From: Candidatus Rokuibacteriota bacterium
GTDB lineage: Bacteria > Methylomirabilota > Methylomirabilia > Rokubacteriales > CSP1-6
Length of the DNA stretch: 64,000 nt
Assembly (NCBI GenBank): GCA_003220675.1
Contig: QHTD01000155.1
Span: forward strand, 8,782-72,781
Direction: 5' to 3'
The position numbers and the translations under genes were made by a program. Every line of letters begins with the position of its first letter. Position 1 is the stretch's first letter. Of the stretch, positions 1-8,712 are shown piece after piece. The notes below the pieces were generated by a model that did no database searches, had not been told where the DNA came from, and worked only from the letters and a program-made list of their open reading frames with translations.

Positions 1-1
1 C

Positions 2-172
2 GGCGGCTGCCGGTGCCAGGCCTTTCACTTGACGCGAAACGCCGCGGCCACCGACCCGGCGTGCTCGTTGTCGCCCGACCACGGGCTCATCGAGGCCGCG
101 CGCGAGCAGGCGCTCCGGGCGCCATCCGACGGCTTCGAGTACCGGGCGCCGCGGTCGGCCGTACGGACGTGA
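2..172 (+). CDS. C-terminal end of an unidentified upstream protein (partial at window edge)
   Basis: Frame 2 is open from the window edge to TGA 170-172, which lies 8 nt before the GTG of the next gene. The tail reads ...ACSLSPDHGLIEAAREQALRAPSDGFEYRAP. No family recognised, and there is no in-window start codon. Confidence 0.25.
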   Translation, partial: GGCRCQAFHLTRNAAATDPACSLSPDHGLIEAAREQALRAPSDGFEYRAPRSAVRT

Positions 173-180
173 CACGACGC

Positions 181-684
181 GTGGACGTCAGCGCCTGGAT
201 TCTCACCGGGCTTCTCTTCGTCGCTCTGCTCGCCGCCTTCGCCAAGGACCCGGCGCTGCCAGTGCGCGGCCTGCTCGCAAGCAGCAAGCTCGCGAGGAGC
301 GTGTGGCTCGAGCTGCTCCTCGGCTTCCTGCTCGCCGGCCTCCTTGAGGTTCTGATCCCCCAACCCGTGCTCTCTCGCTGGCTCGGGGCGGACCGCATGG
401 GGCAAGGCATCCTGGTCGGTTGGGTGGCAGGTCTGGCAATTCCAGGCGGGCCGTACCTGCTCTTTCCCGTCGTGGCGAATCTCTTTCGGAATGGTGCCGC
501 GCCGGGACCGCTTATCACGCTGCTCACGGCCAAGACGCTGGTGAGCCCGATCCGGATGCTCACCTACGAGGCGCCACTGCTGGGCTGGCCTCTGACCCTG
601 GCGCGCTTCCTTCCCGGCGTTCTCCTGCCTCCCGTGATGGGCCTGATCGGCCAGTGGCTGTTCGGGCTCTTCAGCAAGAGGTAA
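181..684 (+). CDS. small polytopic membrane protein (half-size predicted-permease type)
   Basis: ORF track 13..684. The first ~56 codons are Arg/Pro-rich and unprotein-like. Hydrophobic sequence begins at in-frame GTG 181 (VDVSAWILTGLLFVALL...), followed by several hydrophobic helices. Start uncertain. Confidence 0.5.
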   Translation: MDVSAWILTGLLFVALLAAFAKDPALPVRGLLASSKLARSVWLELLLGFLLAGLLEVLIPQPVLSRWLGADRMGQGILVGWVAGLAIPGGPYLLFPVVANLFRNGAAPGPLITLLTAKTLVSPIRMLTYEAPLLGWPLTLARFLPGVLLPPVMGLIGQWLFGLFSKR

Positions 685-713
685 GCGCAGACGACGCGAC
701 CCTGGTGAGGGAG

Positions 714-719
714 TAGAAT
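714..719 (+). promoter_or_regulatory. -10-like hexamer TAGAAT 9 nt upstream of the DAHP synthase ATG
   Basis: AT-rich TAGAAT in GC-rich context. There is no Shine-Dalgarno between it and ATG 729, and the -35 is weak (ACGACG). Confidence 0.35.
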
Positions 720-728
720 GAGTCGCCG

Positions 729-1787
729 ATGAAGACACGCGACCTGCACGTCGAGAGCATCCGCCCCCTCCTCCCGCCGGCGATCCTGCTCGAGGAGCTG
801 CCGCTCAGCGAAAAGGGCTCGCTGGTGGTCGGCCGCACCCGCAAGGAGGTCACCCGCGTCCTGCGCGGCGAGGACGACCGCCTGCTCGTCATCGTCGGTC
901 CCTGCTCCATCCACGACCCGGTGGCCGGGCTCGACTACGCGCGCCGGCTGAAGAAGCTGGCCGACGAGCTCGGCCACGACCTCCGGATCGTGATGCGCGT
1001 CTACTTCGAGAAGCCGCGCACCACGGTGGGCTGGAAGGGGCTCATCAACGACCCGCACCTCGACGGCTCCTTCGCCATCAACGAAGGCCTCCGTCTCGCG
1101 CGCCGACTCCTGCTCGACCTGGTCGAGCTCGGCCTCCCCTCGGGCTGCGAATTCCTCGATCCGATCACCCCGCAGTTCATCTCGGACCTCGTCATCTGGG
1201 GCGCGATCGGCGCGCGCACGACGGAGAGCCAGGTCCATCGCGAGCTCGCCTCCGGCCTGTCGATGCCCGTGGGCTTCAAGAACGGCACGGACGGTGGTGT
1301 CCAGATCGCAATCGACGCCGTACGCGCGGCGGTCCATCCGCACCGCTTCCTGGGCGTCACGGAGCAGGGTCTGGCGGGCATCGTGTCGACCCGCGGCAAC
1401 CCTGACTGCCACGTCATCCTGCGCGGCGGCGTCAACGGGCCGAACTACGACGCGATCAGCGTGCAGAAGACGCTCGCCGCGCTCCGCGACGCCGGGCTTC
1501 CCCCACGGCTCATGATCGACACGAGCCACGGCAACAGCGACAAGGACTACCGGCGTCAGCCCCTGGTCGCGCACGACATCGGGGCCCAGGTCGCTCAGGG
1601 CGAGGGCGGGATCGTCGGCGTGATGATGGAGTCCTTCATCAGCGACGGGCGCCAGGACCTCGAGGACTCGAGGCGACTCGCGTACGGTCAGTCCATCACC
1701 GACGCCTGCATGGGATGGGAGATGACGGTGCCGGTGCTCCGCGAGCTCGCCGCGGCCGTGCGGGCGCGGCGCTCCGCGGCCGCGTAA
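729..1787 (+). CDS. aroG: 3-deoxy-7-phosphoheptulonate (DAHP) synthase, class I
   Basis: Near-collinear with E. coli AroG/F/H: LLVIVGPCSIHDP, IVMRVYFEKPRTTVGWKGLINDP, WGAIGARTTESQVHRELASGLSMPVGFKNGTDG, AYGQSITDACMGWE. Which paralogue (F/G/H) it matches is not resolved. Confidence 0.9.
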   Translation: MKTRDLHVESIRPLLPPAILLEELPLSEKGSLVVGRTRKEVTRVLRGEDDRLLVIVGPCSIHDPVAGLDYARRLKKLADELGHDLRIVMRVYFEKPRTTVGWKGLINDPHLDGSFAINEGLRLARRLLLDLVELGLPSGCEFLDPITPQFISDLVIWGAIGARTTESQVHRELASGLSMPVGFKNGTDGGVQIAIDAVRAAVHPHRFLGVTEQGLAGIVSTRGNPDCHVILRGGVNGPNYDAISVQKTLAALRDAGLPPRLMIDTSHGNSDKDYRRQPLVAHDIGAQVAQGEGGIVGVMMESFISDGRQDLEDSRRLAYGQSITDACMGWEMTVPVLRELAAAVRARRSAAA

Positions 1788-1846
1788 CGGACCCACCCGC
1801 TGGACTACGACAGGACGCGCCTTCCCGAGGTCTACGCCCGTGCGCG

Positions 1847-1985
1847 CGAGCCTCCAGGCGATCTCGGACGTGGCGTTCGCGCAAGGACTCGCCAAGTTCA
1901 AGACGCGCTGCCACGCGGCCGGCGGCGGGCCGATCTACGAGCCGGTGGAGCTCTTCGTCTTCAGCCGGACGTGATGTTAGCGCGG
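1847..1985. repeat. 139-bp direct repeat, copy A (duplicate of the 3' end of the methyltransferase fragment plus 11 nt past its stop)
   Basis: 137/139 identical to 2295-2433, offset 448 bp. Differences are A1883 vs G2331 and A1979 vs G2427. Confidence 0.9.
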
Positions 1986-2422
1986 TGTTCCTCTCGCTGG
2001 TCTATCACCACTTCGGCGCGCCATCCACGGCACTCGCCGAGCTCGGGCGTGTCGCGAGACCGAGGGGCCACGTGATGGTGAGACAGGTAATGCGCGAGTC
2101 GGTCGACGAATACGAGCACGCTCGATTCTTCCCCGAAGCGCGCGCCCTCGATCTCGAGCGTATGCCCTCGCGCGACGGGCTGGTCCAGTCGTTCCAGGCG
2201 CACGGATTCTCCCGCCGTGGGCACCGGATCGTCCGCCACCTCTTCGCGGCGAGCTACGACGACTACTACCGGAAGATCAGTCTTCGCGGGCTCTCGAGCC
2301 TCCAGGCGATCTCGGACGTGGCGTTCGCGCGAGGACTCGCCAAGTTCAAGACGCGCTGCCACGCGGCCGGCGGCGGGCCGATCTACGAGCCGGTGGAGCT
2401 CTTCGTCTTCAGCCGGACGTGA
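1986..2422 (+). pseudogene. 5'-truncated class I SAM-dependent methyltransferase (C-terminal half only)
   Basis: Only the part VFLSLVYHHFGAPSTALAELGRVARPRGHVMV... to the stop looks like a methyltransferase (post-motif II onward). The SAM-binding GxGxG half is absent. The upstream part of ORF 1715..2422 reads repeat copy A out of frame. Confidence 0.6.
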
Positions 2423-2433
2423 TGTTGGCGCGG
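2295..2433. repeat. 139-bp direct repeat, copy B (native 3' end of the methyltransferase fragment)
   Basis: See copy A. This copy is read in frame as ...SLQAISDVAFARGLAKFKTRCHAAGGGPIYEPVELFVFSRT*. Confidence 0.9.
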
Positions 2434-2475
2434 CCGTGCGGGCGCGACGCGTGCCGTGAGGCGCGCGACGACCGT

Positions 2476-2506
2476 CGGAGTGGGGGGCGAAGCCCTTCTC
2501 CGAGTC
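2476..2506 (-). terminator. GC-rich hairpin element (core ggggggcgaagccc) 3 nt past the GAF gene stop
   Basis: cggagtggggggcgaagcccttctccgagtc. It is a near copy of the element at 57395-57425, which also sits directly 3' of a minus-strand stop. The stem is imperfect and there is no U tract. Confidence 0.4.
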
Positions 2507-2508
2507 AA

Positions 2509-4947
2509 CTAGGCGGACGTGACGTTCGCGGCGGCCTGGAGGTCGCCCGGCACGGTCCGCCGCTCGATCCCCGGGTTGCGGAGGTCGACCGTGACTCGGA
2601 GCGCGTGGAGGCCATGAACGCCCTGGAGCTCGTCCAGCTCGACGTCCTCGACCGCGCCGGTGAGGTAGCCGAGGTTCTGGAGGTACTCGATGTAGCCGCG
2701 GTACTCAGTCGCCTCAGCGCGCTGCGCGTAGACGATCGCGATCTTCCCCGGCTGGGTGAGGCGTTCGCTCGTGCCTTTGATGACCGCCTTGTCGATCCGC
2801 TTCTTGACGATCTCGTAGCGAATGTCGTAGGCGCCGTCCACGTCGAACCGCTTCTCGTCGAATCGGAACCTGATCGAGAGCGGCGCGTGCTGGACGAGGA
2901 CGAGGTGCGTGGTCTCGAGCGGCACGGGAAGCTGGTCCCGGAGCTGGTGGGCGCGGAGCGCGATGCCGCAGATGACCATGAGCTGCCAGAGCCGGAGACT
3001 CCGGAGGTAGAGGGAATCGAAGCGGCCGTCCTCGAGGAGCGAGGCGCCGACGTAGATCTGGTGGTCCACGCCGTCCGTCTTCTGCTTCTCGAAGTAGTGC
3101 GGGAACATCCCCTGCGCCGTCTGGTCCTCGAGGTCGAGGTACGACGAGATCGTGTCTGCGATCCGCGTCACGCTCTCCTCGAACAGCTTCCGCCGCGCGT
3201 AGACCGTGCCGAAGCGCGGGTCGAGCGTGGTGCGATAGGCTTCGATCCGCTCCCGGACCGCCGGGCCAAATCCCTGGAGATGATCGAAGAGACGCTCGAC
3301 ATCCCCGCGGAGGAAGGTGATCACCGAGACCTCGTCGCCCGAATTCAGGTTCTTCTCGATCTTCGCGATGTGCTTGTTCACCCGGTAGAGCAGCTCGTCG
3401 AGCGCGGGCAGTCGCGTCGCCGCGTGGGCGGCGTGGACCACGTCCTTCGCGAGCCGGAGCTGCGTCAGCACGTCGGCCTGGATCGCGAGGCTGCGCTCGA
3501 TCGAGGAGCCGCGGATGTCCGAGAGCGCGTAGAGCGGGTGGACGTGCTCGAAGACGATCGGCTCGAGCTCGGCGCCGGCGTCCGGCGCGTTCCCGGCGCG
3601 CCGCTCGAAGTGGTTGAGCACCGCCCTGCGGAAGCGCCACTCCACGACGGGGTGGATGGCCGTGCACTTCTCCTTGATGAGCGCCTGGATCCGGGTGTTC
3701 AGCTCCTCCATGGTCCGCTGCACGGCCATGGAGAAGAGCGGCAAGACCTCGTGGAGCTTCGGAAGGTGTGTCGCGTCCAGATCGCCAGGATGGGGCGATT
3801 CGAGCTCGAAGGTGCCGATCACCCTGTCCTGGTAGAGGAGCGGCGCGACGACGAGGTTGCGGGCCCCGCTCTGGACGATCTCGTCGTCGACGGCGGTCTT
3901 GTCCGGCATCGCGGTGAGGTCGTCGATGACGAGCGGGCTCCCCTGGTGCACCGCGCGCGCATAGACGGACCCCTTGAACTCCTCCTTCGTGTGGTGCCGG
4001 GAGTCGGCGAAGATGCAGGCGTGCTCGCTCTTCGCGCCGTAGTTCAGGATCAGCACCTGGTCACCGTTCAGCGCGGCGAGGCCAAAGCGCAGCTCCGGAC
4101 GGCGGAAGAGCGTCCGGAGCTTCTGCTGGAGCGCGAGGAAGCGCACGTTCGAGACGATCGACTCCTTGTCGATCAGGTCCCGCTTGAGTGACGAGAGCAC
4201 CTCCTGATCGGTCACCTCGACCGCCTTCAGGATCGCGAAGCCGCGGAAAACGAAGTTCTCTGGCGGCAGGATCTGGCGCAGGAAGTCGGGGTCCAGCAGG
4301 TTTTCGTGGAGGCGCCGCCTGACCTCCTCGGTGAGCGGCGGGGTCGGGCGGACGGGCACGACCTCGACGAATCGCAGGTCGAACTGCCCTTTGAAATGGC
4401 GATCGAGCCCGGTCGCGGGATCGGCCACGGTGAAGATGAAGGAATAGTCGAGGTCCAGCTCGATGGAGTAGACGCGCGCCAGCACGAGCGCGTAGGCGCG
4501 GAGGAGCCTCTTCGCGTTTAGCTTCGACGCCTCGATGCCCATGCGGCCGCGGAAGCCGCCGTCCTCGGCGAGGAGCAGCTGCTCGAACGGCGGCGTGGCA
4601 TAGAAGCCCGTGACCTCGAACGGTGCCATTGCTGCGCCGTACTCCCGGTCGAGGACCGCCGCCGGGAAGACGGCGGCCATGAGCACATCCACGAGCTTCC
4701 GGTGGCGAGCGATGACCGCGAGGTCGGTGATCGGAGACAAGAGTTCCGGCGCCTTTTCGGTCTCCTCGCGGATCGTCCGGGCGAACGTGCCCTCGAGCGA
4801 CGTGTCGTCGCCGAAGGCCCGTGCCCAAAAGGCGAGCAGCGGCGCCAGGCTCAGCTCGGTCCGGAACGGAATTGGCTTAACCTGGGCGCTGATCGTCGGT
4901 TCGAGGCCCGCCGGCCCCGAGGAGAGGTTCTTCGTCGCGCTCGCCAT
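2509..4947 (-). CDS. large GAF-domain protein of unknown function (812 aa)
   Basis: Central GAF-like segment (GSPLVIDDLTAMPDK...NLVVAPLLYQDRVIGTFELESPHPGDL). I do not recognise the flanking N- and C-terminal regions. The long opposite-strand ORF 2419..4191 is a shadow ORF. Confidence 0.7.
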   Translation of the reverse strand: MASATKNLSSGPAGLEPTISAQVKPIPFRTELSLAPLLAFWARAFGDDTSLEGTFARTIREETEKAPELLSPITDLAVIARHRKLVDVLMAAVFPAAVLDREYGAAMAPFEVTGFYATPPFEQLLLAEDGGFRGRMGIEASKLNAKRLLRAYALVLARVYSIELDLDYSFIFTVADPATGLDRHFKGQFDLRFVEVVPVRPTPPLTEEVRRRLHENLLDPDFLRQILPPENFVFRGFAILKAVEVTDQEVLSSLKRDLIDKESIVSNVRFLALQQKLRTLFRRPELRFGLAALNGDQVLILNYGAKSEHACIFADSRHHTKEEFKGSVYARAVHQGSPLVIDDLTAMPDKTAVDDEIVQSGARNLVVAPLLYQDRVIGTFELESPHPGDLDATHLPKLHEVLPLFSMAVQRTMEELNTRIQALIKEKCTAIHPVVEWRFRRAVLNHFERRAGNAPDAGAELEPIVFEHVHPLYALSDIRGSSIERSLAIQADVLTQLRLAKDVVHAAHAATRLPALDELLYRVNKHIAKIEKNLNSGDEVSVITFLRGDVERLFDHLQGFGPAVRERIEAYRTTLDPRFGTVYARRKLFEESVTRIADTISSYLDLEDQTAQGMFPHYFEKQKTDGVDHQIYVGASLLEDGRFDSLYLRSLRLWQLMVICGIALRAHQLRDQLPVPLETTHLVLVQHAPLSIRFRFDEKRFDVDGAYDIRYEIVKKRIDKAVIKGTSERLTQPGKIAIVYAQRAEATEYRGYIEYLQNLGYLTGAVEDVELDELQGVHGLHALRVTVDLRNPGIERRTVPGDLQAAANVTSA

Positions 4948-4974
4948 GGCCGCTATTGTAGCAGGCGCCGCAAG

Positions 4975-5604
4975 TCAGTCGATCAGCTCGAACCCGAGGA
5001 GCGCCGAGAGCTCGCGCAGCGCCTGGTCGGGATCCTCCACCTTGATCGTCGTCATCCCCAGCTCGCGCGCCGGCTTGAGGTTGCGGCCGATGTCGTCGAG
5101 GAACGCGACGCGCGACGGCGCCACGCCGAGCTCGCGGCAGACGAGCTCGTAGATCCGCGGGTCGGGCTTTCGCAGGCCCACCACCGCCGACTCGACGAAG
5201 ACGTCGAAGTGGGCGCGAAGCCCGTCCGCGGGACGCCGCCCTTCCGCAACCCAGTTGTTCGTGAGGGCCGCCACGCGGAGCCCGCGCTCGCGGATCCTCC
5301 GGATTGCCGCGAGCATCCGCGGCCGGGAGCGACCCGCGTCGGCGATAGCGGCCATGAGGCGCGCGCCGTTCACCTCGACGCCGTGGACGCGGCAGTCGGC
5401 CTCGAAAGGCGCAAGGAACGACTCGACCGTCAGCTCGCCGCGTTCGAGTCGCGCCCACGCGCTCGCCTCACCCGCGGCGACGACGGCGCGGTTGATGGTG
5501 TTGGGCGGGAGCCCGTGGTCGCGCTCGTAGCGGGCGATCGCGTCGAGCGGCGACTCCTGCACGACGCCGCCGATGTCGAACACCACCGCCTCGATCGCCC
5601 GCAC
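4975..5604 (-). CDS. HAD-IA family hydrolase (phosphatase-like)
   Basis: Motif I VVFDIGGVV, motif II ALTNN, and C-terminal LRKPDPRIYE...VAFLDDIGRNLKPA. Confidence 0.8.
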   Translation of the reverse strand: MRAIEAVVFDIGGVVQESPLDAIARYERDHGLPPNTINRAVVAAGEASAWARLERGELTVESFLAPFEADCRVHGVEVNGARLMAAIADAGRSRPRMLAAIRRIRERGLRVAALTNNWVAEGRRPADGLRAHFDVFVESAVVGLRKPDPRIYELVCRELGVAPSRVAFLDDIGRNLKPARELGMTTIKVEDPDQALRELSALLGFELID

Positions 5605-5670
5605 GGCGGAATTGTAGCGCGCCCTTGCGTCGTGACCCTATAGTAGAATCCGCCGCCAAAGGGAGGAGCC

Positions 5671-6654
5671 ATGCACTACCGCACGCTGGGGAGCAGCACG
5701 CTGGCCGTCTCCGCGACCGGTCTCGGCTGCATGTCCATGTCGGGCGTCTACGGCAAGGGCGACGACGTCGAGTCGATCGCTGTCATCCACCACGCCCTCG
5801 ACCTCGGTGTGAACTTCCTCGACACCTCCGACATGTACGGCTGGGGCCACAACGAGGAGCTCGTGGGCCGGGCGATCCTGGGCCGGCGACACCAGGTGGT
5901 GCTCGCCACCAAGTTCGGCAACGTGCGGAACCCCGACGGCAGCATGGGCGTGAACGGCCGCCCCGAGCACGTGCCACAGGCGTGCGACGCGAGCTTGAGG
6001 CGCCTCGGCGTGGACACGATCGACCTCTACTACCAGCACCGCGTGGACCCGAAGGTGCCCATCGAGGAGACCGCCGGCGCGATGTCGAGGCTCGTGGACC
6101 GTGGCAAGGTGCGCTTCCTCGGGCTCTCCGAGGCTGCGCCGGCGACGATCCGCCGCGCGCACAAGGTCCATCCGATCACGGCGGTGCAGACCGAGTATTC
6201 CCTGCTCTACCGCTCCGAGGCGGAGGAGACCCTGCCCACGCTGCGCGAGCTCGGCGCTTCGTTCGTGGCCTACGCGCCGCTCGGGCGGAGCCTCCTCACG
6301 GGACGCGTCACGCGTGTCGCCGACATCCCGCAAGACGACCGGCGCCGCGACCACCCGCGCTTCAAAGACGAGAACCTCGCTCGCAACGTCGAGCTCGTGC
6401 GGCGCATCGAGCGGATCGCGCAGGAGAAGAGATGCACCCCCGCCCAGCTCGCGCTCGCGTGGCTCCTCGCGCAGGGCCCGGACGTCGTGCCGATCCCGGG
6501 CACCAAGCGCAAGGAACGGCTCGAGGAAAACCTGGGCGCGCTGAAGGTCGAGCTGAGCGCCGAGGACGTGAAGCGCATCTCCGAGGCCGTGCCCGCCGGC
6601 GTCGCGGCCGGCGCGCGTTATCCCGAAGCCGCGCTGAAGGCGGTGTACCTGTAA
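5671..6654 (+). CDS. aldo/keto reductase
   Basis: [71 protein letters not shown] lies 3 nt upstream. Confidence 0.9.
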   Translation: MHYRTLGSSTLAVSATGLGCMSMSGVYGKGDDVESIAVIHHALDLGVNFLDTSDMYGWGHNEELVGRAILGRRHQVVLATKFGNVRNPDGSMGVNGRPEHVPQACDASLRRLGVDTIDLYYQHRVDPKVPIEETAGAMSRLVDRGKVRFLGLSEAAPATIRRAHKVHPITAVQTEYSLLYRSEAEETLPTLRELGASFVAYAPLGRSLLTGRVTRVADIPQDDRRRDHPRFKDENLARNVELVRRIERIAQEKRCTPAQLALAWLLAQGPDVVPIPGTKRKERLEENLGALKVELSAEDVKRISEAVPAGVAAGARYPEAALKAVYL

Positions 6655-6702
6655 TAGCGCCGCGGCTCAGCGCAGCATGAGCGTCATCGATCCCACCGCG
6701 CG

Positions 6703-7560
6703 TCATCGCTTGGCCTGGTCCCGGAGCCAGTGATCGGCCACCTCACTCGCGCTCGCCCACCAGACCCCGCGGTGGCGTTTCATCAAGCGGATCAGCCGAC
6801 GCAGCATGAGGAGCCTCGACGGGTGGCCGATCACCTGAGGATGGCACGCGAGGTTGAAGAGCCCGCCCCACTCGTAGAAGCCGCGGAACTCGTCGCGCCA
6901 GATCCCGAAGATCACCTCCGGGCTCTGCATGGGCCGGGGCGCCAGCCGCGGGTGCATCAGGAAGTAGGGCGCGTCGTCGAGGACCCACTGCACGGGCAGC
7001 TCCACGACCGGCGGCTCGCCGGGGTGGAGGTACGGGAAGACGTCATCCATGAGGTTCGAGGAGTGGACCATGCCGTGCTTCCGGACGAGGTCGAGCGTGA
7101 TGGGCGTCAGCTCCCAGGCGGGAGCGCGGTACCCCCGCGGCTTCACGCCGAGCACGCTTTCGAGCGCTTTCATCCCTTGGTCGAAGGCGGCGCGCTCCTC
7201 GTCGGGCTTGGACGGATGCGGCCAGTCGTGCCGGTAGCCGTGGTGACCGATCTCGTGCCCGGCGTCGCGGATGGCGCGCGCCTCGTCTGTGTGGTGCTCG
7301 ACCACCCAGCCGGGGATATAAAAGGTCGCCCGAACGCCTTCGGCACGGAGGAGGCTGAGCAGGCGCGGGACGCCGACCTTCGCGCCGTAGCGGCCCTGCG
7401 ACATGACTCCGGGCGAGTCGGCGGTCTTCGGGTCGCGCGAGAGCCACAGCGTCTCGGCGTCGAAATCGAAGGTGAGCATGACGGCGCAGCGCGCCCCCTT
7501 CGGCCACGGCGACGACGGCATACGCTTCGTCAAGGTCCCCTCCCTACGCCTTGCCCGCAC
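6703..7560 (-). CDS. polysaccharide deacetylase family protein
   Basis: LTFDFDAETLW, ATFYIPGWVVEHH, GHEIGHHGYRHDWP (NodB-type His motifs). The alternative start ATG at 7521 (MPSSPW...) is equally plausible. Confidence 0.8.
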   Translation of the reverse strand: MRARRREGTLTKRMPSSPWPKGARCAVMLTFDFDAETLWLSRDPKTADSPGVMSQGRYGAKVGVPRLLSLLRAEGVRATFYIPGWVVEHHTDEARAIRDAGHEIGHHGYRHDWPHPSKPDEERAAFDQGMKALESVLGVKPRGYRAPAWELTPITLDLVRKHGMVHSSNLMDDVFPYLHPGEPPVVELPVQWVLDDAPYFLMHPRLAPRPMQSPEVIFGIWRDEFRGFYEWGGLFNLACHPQVIGHPSRLLMLRRLIRLMKRHRGVWWASASEVADHWLRDQAKR

Positions 7561-7735
7561 GCCCGAGAGGCAGGTTGCCCCGGATGATACTCCCGGGACT
7601 TATTGGACGCCCGTGTCAGGTCATCGACACTGTCTGGGGTGCGCCCGATCCAGAAAGACGTGTCGGCATTGGAATTTCATGTCGGTACATGGCTTGCTTG
7701 ACTCCCCAGCGAGGGCGCGCGAAGGAGGGAACGTG

Positions 7736-8287
7736 ATGACGAAGCTTGGCACCTTTCGGCCGGCCCTGCCGCTGACCCCCCTGATCTTGATGGCCCTCTT
7801 GACTGTTGGCCAAGCGGCGGACCGGGAGGTGGACGCGCAGGGCGACAAGGAACTGGCCAGACTCACTCAGAAGATCGACAAGACCGCGGCGGACGGGGAT
7901 GCCGACCGCGTGACCGCCCGGATCGTGGGCGAGTGGAAAGGCACCAGGTTCAAGGTCGACGCCGCGAGTGCTCCCGGTGCGCTGACGCTGCAGGACGTGC
8001 AGAACCTCCGCGCCAAGGGGGTCGGCTTCGGGGACATCTCCATTCTGCTCGCGCTCACCGCGAAGCAGCCGAACCCCGCCTCCGCGAAGTCGCTGAGGTA
8101 TGTCTTCGCCGTGCGCCAGGCCGGGGAAGGATGGAGCAAGATCGCGCGGGACCTTGGCTACAAGACCCTGGGCTCCGTCATCAGGAGCGTGAAGGCGACG
8201 GAGAGAGACGTAACACGGTTGGCAGCGGAGCGAGGTCAGAAACCGGAGAGGATGGGTGAGATGGAGAAGCCCGGCAAGCGGAGGTAG
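7736..8287 (+). CDS. secreted hypothetical protein
   Basis: In-frame ATG 7736 preceded by RBS GAAGGAGGG. Signal-peptide-like N-terminus MTKLGTFRPALPLTPLILMALLTVGQA. The upstream part of ORF 7403..8287 overlaps the deacetylase gene and looks non-coding. Confidence 0.55.
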   Translation: MTKLGTFRPALPLTPLILMALLTVGQAADREVDAQGDKELARLTQKIDKTAADGDADRVTARIVGEWKGTRFKVDAASAPGALTLQDVQNLRAKGVGFGDISILLALTAKQPNPASAKSLRYVFAVRQAGEGWSKIARDLGYKTLGSVIRSVKATERDVTRLAAERGQKPERMGEMEKPGKRR

Positions 8288-8289
8288 TC

Positions 8290-8634
8290 ATGCAGGCAAT
8301 CCGGCGCGTCAGCGAGCCCATGATTGAGCGCCGAGGGGCGCTCGACAATCGGGTCTGCGTCCGCTTCGGGCTGAACCGCCAGCCTGAGGAGGCCTGGGTC
8401 CGCGTTTTCAGGGCCCATGCAGCGTCCAGCGTTCTCAGCGCGACCAACGCACTTTTCGGCGCAAGCGAGGCCTCTATCGAAGTTGCCAAGCCGAGCGGCG
8501 TCGCGGAGCTCGCGACGGCCCTGGACTGCTTCATCGAATGTGCGAACCTCGGGCTGAGGTCCTTCCCGGGGCCGGCCCCTGAACGACAGCCGACAGTGTT
8601 TCGGGAACAATCCAGAAGACTCGACCGCGCATAG
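8290..8634 (+). CDS. hypothetical protein
   Basis: The ATG is 2 nt after the preceding stop, on the same strand. No motif recognised. Competes with antisense ORF 8181..8648. Confidence 0.4.
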   Translation: MQAIRRVSEPMIERRGALDNRVCVRFGLNRQPEEAWVRVFRAHAASSVLSATNALFGASEASIEVAKPSGVAELATALDCFIECANLGLRSFPGPAPERQPTVFREQSRRLDRA

Positions 8635-8669
8635 CCGCTCCCATTCATTTGCCGTTGCCATGGATCGCC

Positions 8670-8712
8670 TTGACACCGGCAGCGCGAGCCGACTAGTCTC
8701 GGCTCGCGCTCG
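8670..8712 (+). promoter_or_regulatory. candidate promoter (TTGACA-N18-TAGTCT) overlapped by a 12-bp perfect inverted repeat (operator or 5' hairpin)
   Basis: TTGACA 8670-8675 and TAGTCT 8694-8699. Inverted repeat agcgcgagccga (8681-8692) / tcggctcgcgct (8699-8710) with 6-nt centre ctagtc. ATG at 8713, with no SD. Confidence 0.5.

Noticed and set aside
1847-2433. Diversity-generating retroelement (template repeat / variable repeat) interpretation of the 139-bp repeat pair, prompted by both mismatches being A in one copy and G in the other and by copy B lying at a gene 3' end.
   Set aside because: Only 2 of the many adenines differ. No reverse transcriptase or accessory gene is present anywhere in the window. 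The target is a truncated methyltransferase rather than a ligand-binding fold. A recent duplication with two transitions is simpler.
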